Source: Candidatus Latescibacterota bacterium
GTDB taxonomy: Bacteria > Latescibacterota > UBA2968 > GCA-2709665
Reading direction: 5' to 3'
NCBI GenBank assembly: GCA_963667175.2
Contig: CAXXXF010000006.1
Coordinates: 96,001-160,000, forward strand
Length of the DNA stretch: 64,000 bases
Below are positions 1 to 9,315 of the stretch, one piece after another (the first letter of the stretch is position 1; each line of letters begins with the position of its first letter). A program made the position numbers and the translations under genes. The notes below the pieces were generated by a model. That model had not been told where the DNA came from. It saw only the letters and a list, made by a program, of their open reading frames with translations, and made no database searches.

Positions 1-1311
1 CAGCGTCAGGCCCTTCAGGGGCTGGCCGTTTGCATCCTGGATTTCGACCCGGATTTCCCCGGCAGGCCGGGGCCAGGCGATGTAGTTGAGCTCCAGTTGG
101 CTGCCGTTGAGCACAAACGGTTTTGTCACGATCGTTTCGCCGTCCGGACCGGATCGGACGGAAACGAATCCGTCGACACGGAACGTAAAACGCCTGAGCC
201 TCGTCCTCGGCACGAATGACTTCCTCTTCCACTCCGGGTCCTCATATCCGTACCCTTCGGTGGCGTAGACGAAGTACTCGCGCTCATTGCCACGAACCAG
301 ACCGTGGGCCATGAAGTTGGCCCGGTTGCCATCGCGTTGCCGGGGTGTACTGCCGGGAATCAATGGTTCGCGGCGTCGCAGGAACGAGTGCCCGCCGTCG
401 CGGCTGGTCATCAGGATGGGATGGACCTGGGCGACGGCAAACCGGTCCGTGTATTCGGTGGGAAAGGCGATCAGAATGTGTGGCGCGCGTTCATACGGAA
501 GGACGCCGTTGGTGTACATCTCCCGGTCGACCTTGTCCGAATACTTCAGCGGGACGGGTTCCGTCCATTTCACGAAATCGTCCGACACGGCCATGTGCAC
601 ATTGCGCATATAACCTTTCAGCAGATCCCGCACGAATGCGACGTAGCGGCCGCGAACCGGATCCCGGAACGCCAGGTTCTGCGAATCGAACCGCCCCTTC
701 GTAATCACGGGTTTTTCGGTCATCAACGTCCAGTGAAGTCCGTCCGGCGACTTGAAGGGATACATGCCGTAATCGGTGTATTTTCCCGGAATCTGGTGCG
801 CGCCGCGAGCCCCGCGGACCAGTGCCTTGTACCGAGCGTCGGATTTTACAGTTGGGCTGGTGTCAATGAACGGGACCATGTCGCCGCGCCATCCCAGGCC
901 AGTGTGGGTTCCCAGTTTGCCTTGCCATTTGTCGGTGGGAAGATACTTTCTGCCATCCCCACCGAGTACGATGTTGTTGTCCGAGGATCCTCTGAATTTG
1001 AATAGACCAAGGTTTGGCTTCGTCCACCGGATGCCGTCGCGGCTTTCCGCGTAACACATCGGTTCGCCTCGGGCGTCTTCGCCGCTGCCGTGATGATAGC
1101 CGCGGTAGTACATGCGAAACAGATCTCCGTCCTTGAGTGCCGAGACGTAGCCCAAAGAAGTGTCTTCCCAGGGCCTGTCGTTCATCAGCACGACCTCTTT
1201 GCCCAACGGCTCGTGCAGATGTTGCGCCACGTCGCCCTCGAAGCGTTCCACAATCCAGTCATCAACGAACAATTCGCGCCGCAGCGGCGATGATGGATTG
1301 ATGTCTGTCAT
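1..1311 (-). CDS. Partial CDS, glycoside-hydrolase-like beta-propeller protein (3' end outside window)
   Basis: Not in the ORF track because it has no stop in the window. Manual translation from ATG 1311 gives MTDINPSSPLRRELFVDDWIVERF...RPWE...FRMYYRG. The window-start end in the same frame reads ...IVTKPFVLNGSQLELN...GEIRVEIQDANGQPLKG, typical of this family. Middle not fully translated. Confidence 0.65.
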   Translation of the reverse strand, partial: MTDINPSSPLRRELFVDDWIVERFEGDVAQHLHEPLGKEVVLMNDRPWEDTSLGYVSALKDGDLFRMYYRGYHHGSGEDARGEPMCYAESRDGIRWTKPNLGLFKFRGSSDNNIVLGGDGRKYLPTDKWQGKLGTHTGLGWRGDMVPFIDTSPTVKSDARYKALVRGARGAHQIPGKYTDYGMYPFKSPDGLHWTLMTEKPVITKGRFDSQNLAFRDPVRGRYVAFVRDLLKGYMRNVHMAVSDDFVKWTEPVPLKYSDKVDREMYTNGVLPYERAPHILIAFPTEYTDRFAVAQVHPILMTSRDGGHSFLRRREPLIPGSTPRQRDGNRANFMAHGLVRGNEREYFVYATEGYGYEDPEWKRKSFVPRTRLRRFTFRVDGFVSVRSGPDGETIVTKPFVLNGSQLELNYIAWPRPAGEIRVEIQDANGQPLKGLTL

Positions 1312-1418
1312 CGGTTTACACCTCAGGTGAAATGCTGGATCGACGTGTATCTGCGATTCTTTGCTTTCGGCGGCCAGGGATGGCCGCTGTATCAAAATGT
1401 AGCCGCTAACTCATTCAC

Positions 1419-2369
1419 ACAGACTTCTCATTCACCAAAAAACGGGTACGGCTCGCCGGCTTCCACCAGCCTTTGTACCAGACTCGAGTACTTCAACACC
1501 TCCGTCAGCCGGGCGCGCCAATGCGGGGCGTAGAAGCCGACGAATTCCTGGAAGAACGCTCGCGCATCCTCACTGACGCCATCGAAGTATTGCGGCAGCA
1601 AAAACCATGGCTGGTCACTGGCGTAGTTCAGCCCACGCCGGCGCATCGTGAACTCTGCGGCGGCCCGTTTTTTTACCGAGATCATCAACGAGCGCCTGAG
1701 CTTGTCGGTGTGATAGCGGCCCCGATGAATGCACAACTGGGTAAACAGCACCGCGTCACCGGGTTCCTGGTGGAGACGAACGGCGCCAGGCATATCGTTC
1801 GAGCGGTTGTGGATCCCATCATCGGCGACGCAGATCGCGTGCTCTTCGGGGGAGTAGTCACGCAGGTGAGACCCCGGCACCACTTCGAGATCGTCGGTTG
1901 GGACCAATGCGATTTGCATCTGCAACCCGGCTCCGGTCTCCGGTCTCCGGGATGCGTCTGCTTCCGCACCGATCTTGTCCTTGTGCCAAAATCCGTCCTG
2001 GCTTTCTCCGGTCGGATTAAAGTAGAGACTGCTCAAGGCGAAGAGGAATTCTTCATCCAGGGCTGCGCTCAGCGATTCGACAACCTGGGGCGACCCCATG
2101 GCATTGAGCAGAAAGGCAAGATCGTCGGGGTGATCGCGGTGATATTCCGGGTCGTTCAGGTGCCTCATGTAATTGGCCTGTGGCCCCACCGGTGGATTGT
2201 CACAGCGAGGAGCGCGCCGCCACTGTTCCAGCACTCGCTCACAGATCTCGCGCAGCCGTTGTGTCGTCGCTGCGTCGAACAAACCGCGCACCACGGCGTA
2301 AGAGTGTTGGCGTAGCTGCCCAGGGCGGGGTTCAGTAGAAATGTTCATTATATCCTCTTGTGTTGCTGT
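1419..2369. repeat. 951-bp direct repeat, copy 1 (copy 2 at 9316-10266)
   Basis: Near-identical sequence at offset 7897. It spans the RBS, the whole PhyH gene and 9 bp past the stop. Confidence 0.95.
1428..2348 (-). CDS. Phytanoyl-CoA dioxygenase (PhyH) family Fe(II)/2OG oxygenase, copy 1
   Basis: HxD (WHKD) and distal His (IHRG); VVPGSH and GDAVLF motifs; GAGGA RBS before MNISTE. Confidence 0.85.
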   Translation of the reverse strand: MNISTEPRPGQLRQHSYAVVRGLFDAATTQRLREICERVLEQWRRAPRCDNPPVGPQANYMRHLNDPEYHRDHPDDLAFLLNAMGSPQVVESLSAALDEEFLFALSSLYFNPTGESQDGFWHKDKIGAEADASRRPETGAGLQMQIALVPTDDLEVVPGSHLRDYSPEEHAICVADDGIHNRSNDMPGAVRLHQEPGDAVLFTQLCIHRGRYHTDKLRRSLMISVKKRAAAEFTMRRRGLNYASDQPWFLLPQYFDGVSEDARAFFQEFVGFYAPHWRARLTEVLKYSSLVQRLVEAGEPYPFFGE

Positions 2370-2489
2370 GGGAAGACTATCGACTGCCCCTCTACTCCAG
2401 GATTTGTCCTCTGTGCCTTTGTGGTGCGCCTTACGTTCCGCTTCCGGGAAGGACGTTGGCATAACAGCCTGGCCAGGTCGATCATTGAA

Positions 2490-4748
2490 TCAGAACTCAG
2501 CGGCAATCATCGCGTACTGTCCAATGTTCGTTAATGTGGTTTCCAGGTGGTTTCCGTCGAACGTGACCTCCAGGTCATCTCCCGTGCAAACGTCCCACAC
2601 GCGACGAGGAGTACCCCGCTCCGTGAGCTGCCAGCGCAGGTTCACTTCGGGTATCGTGGTCACATAGTCAAACTGTGGGCTGAAGCGCGGCCAGATCTCC
2701 GGCAGATGCTCGACGCGCTCGCCGGTGTGATTGATCAGAAACAACACCTGGCTTCCCGGTTTCTCATTCGGAATCATCACGAGTTGGTTCGGGCCATCGG
2801 TCATCAGAGGCCGGCCCTCCGGGTAGAGCCAATCCACCACGGCCCCCAGAAGATCGCGGACCACCAGCAGGCGATATTCGAAGTGAAGCTCCTCCACCGG
2901 CGCGGCCAGATAGACGACGCGGCCCTTGCCAACCGTCCGGCAGGTGACGGCGGGACACAGAGCGTCGTCCTCGCGCCCGCCGAAGACGATGTTCGCCACT
3001 ACGTCGGTTCCCGGCCGCGCCTGGACGAACTCGAACCGATTGAGCGGCCACAGCTCTTGCGAGCACCCCTCGTCCAGCCATTGACCTGGAACGCAGCAGC
3101 CGTACGTGTCGAACGTCCCGGCGGCCCAGAGGTGTTTTTCGTAATCAGCGAATTGGTCGAGGTTCGGGTCCACGCGGTCCACGCCCAGAAGGTCCGCCAG
3201 GGCGAAGTTGTCGCGCATCTCATCGGGCTCGGCGCCGTACAGGCTCGTCCGGTACGTCGCCAGGAGCCGCCCGCCCGCCTTCACGTATTCCGTGATGCCC
3301 TCGACTTCCTCCCGCGTGAGATGGCCGACGTTGGGCAGAAGCAGAACGGGATACTTTGCCAACGCCGCTGGTTCGGAGAGAACCCGCTCCTCGATCACCG
3401 ACGTCGGCAAATGGTTGGCCAGCATGGTCGAGAAAGCCCCGCGACGGCAGGATTGCTGCGGGGGCGTGCGCACGAGATAGCCCGCCTCGGAGAGCGGGGC
3501 CTCGAGTTCCCCCGGACGGTCGGCGAGGTCCTGCTTGAACTGGCCGATGACATCGCGCGGACGATCGCGCATCACCAGGGGCTCGGCGCGGAACCGCAAC
3601 CGCTCGAGCATCTCATACACCCGCACCGGCAAGACAAACGGAATAGCAACAAACGGTGACGGGTGGAGATCTTCGAAGAGTGATTCGTTCCTCTCCAGGA
3701 TCTCAAGGAGCTCCGCCAGCTCACGATTGGCTTTGTGGGGAGGCGACAGCCAAAGGTTCACGCCGCACGCCACCAGGACGCCCCCTCCGGAAGCAAAGCT
3801 GGCTGCCGCTTCCTCGACGAGTTCCATGCCGAAGCACTGCGCCCGCGACCAGCCCGTCAAGGCGCCGACGTATTGCCACATGGCCCAACCCGACGACTCG
3901 GCCAGACTGGCCGCTTCGAGCCGATGGAGGAAGTCGCCCCCGGCCTCGTAGAGGAATCCATCGTGCGCCTCCACGATCCTGCGTTCGGGCCAGTCGCCCA
4001 CACCCAGGCCGTGCGTCAGCACCGGGATGTCCTTCTTCTTTCGCGTCGCGGCGGCGAATTCGAGAAAGACGTCGCCGACGATCCTGCCGTACTGCAGGCT
4101 CCACGCTTCCAGCATCTCCCGGTCTTCCCGAGGCAGGCTGTGCGGATCGGGTGCATACGGCATTGGGCAGCCGAATTGTCTATCGAACTTCTCGAGGCAA
4201 TAGTCGCAGTAGCACAAGGGTGACTGCGGGGTGTGGTGCGAATGGTAAGGACAGGCAGAATCGGTGTAGATCGCGTCGACGTTGTGGTCCACCACTTGTG
4301 CGATGAAAGCGCAGATAGCCTCTCGGTACGGTGTGTTGAAGCAGACGTGCCGGTGAAATCCGCCGCCGTGGTGCCTCAGGACAGGAGCGTTGCCTTCGGG
4401 GCTGGGGCGGTACATCCACTCCGGATGATGGTTCAGCATGTTATCTTCGGGAATAATGTGCCCCACGGGAATGTACCCGATGACGCGCACCTCCCGCGCA
4501 TGGGCCTCGGCGATCGTCTCGGCGAGCAGGTCGCGCTCACCTAATTGAGGGTGCGGGGGAAAGAACTCATTGGGGAAGACCGCCCATTTGCCCGCGCTGC
4601 CGAACCAAATGGCGTTGGCGTGGTATTTCCGCACGACATCGACGAGCTGCTTCGCGTCAAAGTCGATGTCGGGCCAGAAGGGCGGGTGGTATTGCTCTAT
4701 CTGAAAGGTGCGCGCTCGCCGTACCCACTCGTGACCTGGCTTGATCAT
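2490..4748 (-). CDS. Putative glycoside hydrolase (GHL6-like N-terminus, beta-galactosidase trimerisation/GATase-like domain)
   Basis: HPQLGERDLLAE, HPEW, VCFNTPYRE, CYCDYC Zn motif, YPVLLLPN...YVKAGGRLLAT, GKGRVVY. Confidence 0.7.
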   Translation of the reverse strand: MIKPGHEWVRRARTFQIEQYHPPFWPDIDFDAKQLVDVVRKYHANAIWFGSAGKWAVFPNEFFPPHPQLGERDLLAETIAEAHAREVRVIGYIPVGHIIPEDNMLNHHPEWMYRPSPEGNAPVLRHHGGGFHRHVCFNTPYREAICAFIAQVVDHNVDAIYTDSACPYHSHHTPQSPLCYCDYCLEKFDRQFGCPMPYAPDPHSLPREDREMLEAWSLQYGRIVGDVFLEFAAATRKKKDIPVLTHGLGVGDWPERRIVEAHDGFLYEAGGDFLHRLEAASLAESSGWAMWQYVGALTGWSRAQCFGMELVEEAAASFASGGGVLVACGVNLWLSPPHKANRELAELLEILERNESLFEDLHPSPFVAIPFVLPVRVYEMLERLRFRAEPLVMRDRPRDVIGQFKQDLADRPGELEAPLSEAGYLVRTPPQQSCRRGAFSTMLANHLPTSVIEERVLSEPAALAKYPVLLLPNVGHLTREEVEGITEYVKAGGRLLATYRTSLYGAEPDEMRDNFALADLLGVDRVDPNLDQFADYEKHLWAAGTFDTYGCCVPGQWLDEGCSQELWPLNRFEFVQARPGTDVVANIVFGGREDDALCPAVTCRTVGKGRVVYLAAPVEELHFEYRLLVVRDLLGAVVDWLYPEGRPLMTDGPNQLVMIPNEKPGSQVLFLINHTGERVEHLPEIWPRFSPQFDYVTTIPEVNLRWQLTERGTPRRVWDVCTGDDLEVTFDGNHLETTLTNIGQYAMIAAEF

Positions 4749-4781
4749 AGCGATGACCTCCAAAATCTGTACCGTCTTTTT

Positions 4782-5020
4782 TTACCCGCGGAGAACGCAG
4801 AGAACGGCCTTCCATGATTCACCGCCGCTCATCATGATCGAGAAGCCGAGAAATATCAGGCTGACCCCAGCCAACAGCAGCCCAGGCTCGGCTGTCGCCG
4901 CCAACTCAGGATCGTCCCAAGCAACAGGAGCAAAGTCAGAGAAAGGACGATAAACGCTCTGGTTGCGAGAGCACGCACGTTTAACAGTCCGTTGATAAAG
5001 TCGCTCTGCAGGCGAGGCAT
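4782..5020 (-). pseudogene. Small two-TM membrane protein, apparently frameshifted
   Basis: MPRLQ...FIVLSLTLLLLLGTIL continues in another frame as LAATAEPGLLLAGVSLIFLGFSIMM...RG*. Confidence 0.3.
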
Positions 5021-5448
5021 GGTGTCCCGTCCCGGAAATATGTCACCATTCATCCGCCGATTCATCCCGTCTGGCGGCGTTGCCTTCGCTCGGTGACCTC
5101 GGACAGGTCGCCTCGCTCAGGCGTCTTGCCAGCCGGGCGACTCGGCGGTCGAATTTCGGCAATCTATTTCCGGGACAGAACACTTGTCATTGTGGCCGAA
5201 GACAAGGCGCGCGACCGACGCGATTCCCTGGATTCAGGGAGGGAGCGCCTGCCTGCTGCAGGCAGGCAACGCAGGTATTCGGTCACAAGGGCCGGACGCA
5301 GACCGGATGGACTGTATCAACGGGCTGCTAACCCGAGGACGTCAACGACCCTCCCCGCTTTCATGAGGATGGAAGCAGGAGCGCAGGTAACGCCGCAACC
5401 AGAGCGGCACGGAGGTCATTCGCAGTCATTGGTTTCGACTGGCATGGC

Positions 5449-5545
5449 TGCTAACGTTCCGCCGGTTTGCGAACCCCGACCTTGTCGAGGGGTTGCCGCA
5501 GGCCAAGCCGCCAGAGGCGGCGTAGCACAAGTGGACGTGTTAGGT
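5449..5545 (-). other. attC integron recombination site
   Basis: Minus strand reads ACCTAAC-ACGTCC-ACTTGTGC...hairpins...GCAAACC-GGCGGAAC-GTTAGCA. It has R''/R' cores, L''/L' pairing with an extra G, and lies directly downstream of the TA pair. Confidence 0.75.
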
Positions 5546-5600
5546 GGCTGTGCCAGCCGGGGGTGGGGGGCATTGCCACGGACGGCAATGCCGCTGTCTT

Positions 5601-5774
5601 TCAGGTTGAATCTACAGGTTCAACTCGCTTAGGGGGAAGGGAAGTGAACTGCCTTCCACTCGCTTTTTCTTGCTCTTTTAGATCCTCATATATAGCCTGT
5701 AGATCATAGTTAAATTTTTTCGCATGTGCTTCGCGGATCCTCCTGACTTCGTCTACAATCGGATCTTTCCACAT
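5601..5774 (-). CDS. Small protein, probable antitoxin partner of the upstream PIN protein
   Basis: MWKDPIVDEVRRIRE...YDLQAIYEDLK; starts 4 bp after the PIN gene stop. Confidence 0.7.
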   Translation of the reverse strand: MWKDPIVDEVRRIREAHAKKFNYDLQAIYEDLKEQEKASGRQFTSLPPKRVEPVDST

Positions 5775-5778
5775 ATCA

Positions 5779-6252
5779 TTATTCCTCCAATAATTCTTCA
5801 GGTGTACAGATGACCGTTGGTTCATACCCTTTGGCCCGACAGATCTGCTCGATTTTGCTCCGCATGGCGGCATTAGCCATATGACTGCAATTCCACGTCA
5901 GCAGATAATCCATGCCGTTGATTACAGCCACTGCGATATGGATCGCATCTTCGGTAGCGTGCTGAGGAAGAGGACCTTTCTCTACCAGCTCTTTGGCAAG
6001 AGATAGGGCCTCTTCGGTTACTCCCAGCAATTCAACTGTTTCCAATGCTGCCAATCGTCTCCGACTCATCTCTTGGTCTCCTGCCTTCGCCTCATCCCAA
6101 ACAAGCTGAGAAGCGAAAAGATCAAAGTCCTCCTTCCGTGTACTCCACCACTCATCCGTAATTTGTTGGTGTGCAGCAACGATCAGATCGCGACTCGGAC
6201 GGGATGTCAGATAACTTATGAACGTCGTTTCAATATAGGCTTTGGGCTTCAT
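5779..6252 (-). CDS. PIN-domain (VapC-like) toxin
   Basis: YIETTFISYL, SQLVWDE, DAIHIAVA, DYLLTWNCSH PIN motifs. Confidence 0.85.
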   Translation of the reverse strand: MKPKAYIETTFISYLTSRPSRDLIVAAHQQITDEWWSTRKEDFDLFASQLVWDEAKAGDQEMSRRRLAALETVELLGVTEEALSLAKELVEKGPLPQHATEDAIHIAVAVINGMDYLLTWNCSHMANAAMRSKIEQICRAKGYEPTVICTPEELLEE

Positions 6253-6364
6253 TTTGTATCCTCTGTCAACCGGCCTGTTGGACTCTGCATCGGGCCACCC
6301 CTATAATTCGCTTTTGCGTCGCCTTCATGTAACGGTCGGCGCACTCGCCAATTTCCTATCAGTT

Positions 6365-7339
6365 TCATTCCTCCCACGGCAGGAAACAGACTTTGACGGC
6401 CTGAAGGTTCTCCAACAGGTTGACGCCTTCAGCGTAGCGTTCGAGCGGCAGCTTGTGCGTGACGAGCGCGGCCAGGTCGAGCTTGCCGCGGCGGATGAGG
6501 TCGAGCGCATACTCGGCCGATTCGCGCGAGTGGCCCTTGTACCCGCACAGCCGCAGCCCGCGGTAATGCTGCGGGCTGAACGTGTAGTCTTCGCGCTGCA
6601 CGCCGAACAGGGCCAGGGCGTCCTGAGTCCGGTCCATGAGAAACTCCACCGACGCCTTGGCGCCGACGCAGTCCACGGCCGACTCGAGTTTTGGCCATTC
6701 CGGCCGCGCCGGGAATTTCCCCGACAAGTCGGCCCGCGGGTCGTAGCAACCGGCCGCGCCGAGACGCTCGGCCATGGCGCGGCGGTCGGATACGAAGTCG
6801 AACCCGTACACTTCCCTGGCGCCCTCGGCTCTGGCCATCTGTAGCGCCACCAGCCCGGCCGCGCCCAGGCCGCAGACGCCGAAACAACGGCCCAGGATTG
6901 CGTCCATATCGCGCAGCATCCGGAAGCAGGCGCCTACGCACATAGCCAGTTCGAGTGGAGCCAGCGCCTCGTCGGGCAATTCTCCGGGGACGCGTATTAC
7001 TCTTGCCGCGTCAATCGCGACGTATTGCGCATAGCAACCCTGATGCCCCTCGCCGGTATCGCGCCAGGCGCACACGCGGTCGCCTGCCTTCAAACCAGCC
7101 ACACCTTCGCCAACAGCCTCGATGCGGCCGACGGCTTCGTGACCGGGCTTGCCCGGCGTGAAGGGGTAGTGGAATGCATGGCCGACAAACATCGGTTCGT
7201 TGTGACGCAGGTGCAGGTCCCACTGCGGGCAAGTCGTGACCGCCGTGATACGCATCAGCACCTCGTCCGGACCGGGCTCGGGAACGGGGACGTCGAGAAT
7301 CTCGAACTCGCACGGCGATGTGACTTGCAGGATCTTCAT
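6365..7339 (-). CDS. Zinc-binding alcohol dehydrogenase family protein
   Basis: TTCPQWD, PGHEAVGRIEAVGEGV, GDRV, GLGAAG Rossmann motif. Confidence 0.85.
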   Translation of the reverse strand: MKILQVTSPCEFEILDVPVPEPGPDEVLMRITAVTTCPQWDLHLRHNEPMFVGHAFHYPFTPGKPGHEAVGRIEAVGEGVAGLKAGDRVCAWRDTGEGHQGCYAQYVAIDAARVIRVPGELPDEALAPLELAMCVGACFRMLRDMDAILGRCFGVCGLGAAGLVALQMARAEGAREVYGFDFVSDRRAMAERLGAAGCYDPRADLSGKFPARPEWPKLESAVDCVGAKASVEFLMDRTQDALALFGVQREDYTFSPQHYRGLRLCGYKGHSRESAEYALDLIRRGKLDLAALVTHKLPLERYAEGVNLLENLQAVKVCFLPWEE

Positions 7340-7391
7340 TGTCCGCGCTCCCCGCATGCCCATGAAGTAGCAGAAGTCTTCATCATTCCGC

Positions 7392-8339
7392 CTATCTTAC
7401 GTGGCCCTGAATTCGTCCGAAGCGTTCGCGCAGCTTCTCCACGCGCGGTGTATCGAGGTACGGCGGGTCAACCACCATCAGGTTCTCGTGAAACCGTTCC
7501 GGCGTGCGCGTCCCGACACAGCAAGTACTCACGTCCTGCGCGAGCACGAAGCGTAGCGCCGCCGCGGGCACACTGTAGGGCTTCAGGAAATCAAACAGGT
7601 CCGGATCCGTGTACGGCGGCTGGGACGGAAGATAGCCGGCCGCGACATGCCGCCGCACGCACTCCAGCGCCGCCGGCACACTGACCAGACCGGACTCCTG
7701 GTTCGCCTGGTTCAGCGGCATCATCACCGCCGTGCCGACATCGTGCCGGGCACACAGCGGCAGCACCGATTCCACCGCGTTTTGCAGTAGAAAATTGATC
7801 GTGAGCATGATCACGTCCAGGGCGCCGGTAGGAACCGCGCGCTTCAGGATCTCGTGTGCTCCGTCAACCGTGGAGAGCTCGCTGATACCGATGAAACGGA
7901 CCTTGCCCTGCTCACGCAGCCTGGCCATGGCCTCGTAACAGCCATCGTTCATAAAACGGTCCAGAGAATCGAGCGTGCGTATGCCGTGGCCGAGAAGAAT
8001 ATCAAGACGATCACGGCGCAAGCGGCGCAGGCTCTCCTCGGCCGAGGAGGTCAATGCCGCCGCTGAACCCGTGTATGCCGCATCACCGCCCCAACCATCG
8101 TAAGGCTGATACTTGGTCTCGACTATGATATGTTCGTGGCCCCGCAACGCTTCGCCCAGTGCGCTCTCGCTGACACCGTTGCCGTAGTCCGCGGCGGTGT
8201 CGACGAAGTTGACGCCGCTCTCGATTGCTGCGTGTACGGTGGCAATGAACTTCGCCCGGTCCTGCGACGCGCCCCGTGCTGCACCGTAACTGAGTTCCGA
8301 GACCTGCAGTTCTGTTCTTCCCAGGCGGCGATACCGCAT
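7392..8339 (-). CDS. Aldo/keto reductase
   Basis: MRYRRLGRTELQVSELSYG, GVNFVDTAADYG, SLRRL, GKVRFIGIS. Confidence 0.9.
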   Translation of the reverse strand: MRYRRLGRTELQVSELSYGAARGASQDRAKFIATVHAAIESGVNFVDTAADYGNGVSESALGEALRGHEHIIVETKYQPYDGWGGDAAYTGSAAALTSSAEESLRRLRRDRLDILLGHGIRTLDSLDRFMNDGCYEAMARLREQGKVRFIGISELSTVDGAHEILKRAVPTGALDVIMLTINFLLQNAVESVLPLCARHDVGTAVMMPLNQANQESGLVSVPAALECVRRHVAAGYLPSQPPYTDPDLFDFLKPYSVPAAALRFVLAQDVSTCCVGTRTPERFHENLMVVDPPYLDTPRVEKLRERFGRIQGHVR

Positions 8340-8536
8340 GATCAGCCTCAATCCGAAAAAAACAGCAACGCGGCGACGCGATAAAACCCTCCGAAACGGG
8401 GCGTTATCGACGTATAGAAGGACGTTTTTTCCCTACACGTCCAGTGACCTGATGTATCCTGGTAATCCGCCGTCTAATCGCCTTTATTTACAAGCACATA
8501 TTCGAATTAATGTCCCCGAAGACTTACGAATCAAGG

Positions 8537-9220
8537 TCAGGCTTTGGTTGCAACGACCGCCAGCAGAGATGGGAGCGTGTCACCATCCAATTCGGCAACT
8601 GATTCGAGCCGCAAGTCAGCAGCGAGCAGTTTGTTGAAGAGTTCGGCAAGAGGAACGTGCCGGACACCCACCTTCGACCGAATGCCGTCATCCAATCCAG
8701 GACCTTCGAAAACTCGTGCTGTTTCCCGGTAACCCGGATGGATCTTGGCAATTCCCGTGTCTCTCTCGATGGTCGCAAATGGTCCCAGAAAACAGGGATG
8801 TGTGCCCAGGATAACGAAACGCCCGTGACGATCCAGGACGCGGTGTGCTTCCGAGAAGAATGGCCCTACATCATCGAAATCAGTGAGTGTCAATACCGAC
8901 ACGACGCGTCGAAACGTGGCTGACGAGAAAGGCAGACTACGAGCATTGGCTAGGACAACCCTCGGAGAGCGATCACTTGCCAGTCGAAGCTGGTCGGCTG
9001 AAAGGTCGACTCCAATCACGGACCAGCCAAGCGATTGCAGTAGCTGGAGATGCACACCTGTTCCGCAACCAATGTCCACACAGAGTCCGGAGCCGGGTCC
9101 AACCAAACGCGATAGATGAGCTGGGATGTTCTCGTAGAAAGGCATCTTGAGATATTCATCGTACCACGTCGCCCAGCCGTCGTATCGGGCGCCATCCTGG
9201 TTGGAATTCAAGGAAGGCAT
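8537..9220 (-). CDS. Class I SAM-dependent methyltransferase
   Basis: VDIGCGTG, GVDLSADQL, LPF, EAHRVL. Confidence 0.9.
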   Translation of the reverse strand: MPSLNSNQDGARYDGWATWYDEYLKMPFYENIPAHLSRLVGPGSGLCVDIGCGTGVHLQLLQSLGWSVIGVDLSADQLRLASDRSPRVVLANARSLPFSSATFRRVVSVLTLTDFDDVGPFFSEAHRVLDRHGRFVILGTHPCFLGPFATIERDTGIAKIHPGYRETARVFEGPGLDDGIRSKVGVRHVPLAELFNKLLAADLRLESVAELDGDTLPSLLAVVATKA

Positions 9221-9315
9221 AGTCTCCTGCTGATTCTGGACGGCTTCCGGTGTTTCGCACCCTTCTGGCAGCTACTATGCCTGAGGAGGCATGGCCCATA
9301 ACGACGGAATTACCG

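Noticed and set aside
5071-5132. Imperfect intergenic hairpin CTGGC...GCCAG as an attC or ncRNA
   Set aside because: It lacks correctly placed AAC/GTT cores and occurs once in the window; likely a REP-like palindrome but not supportable.
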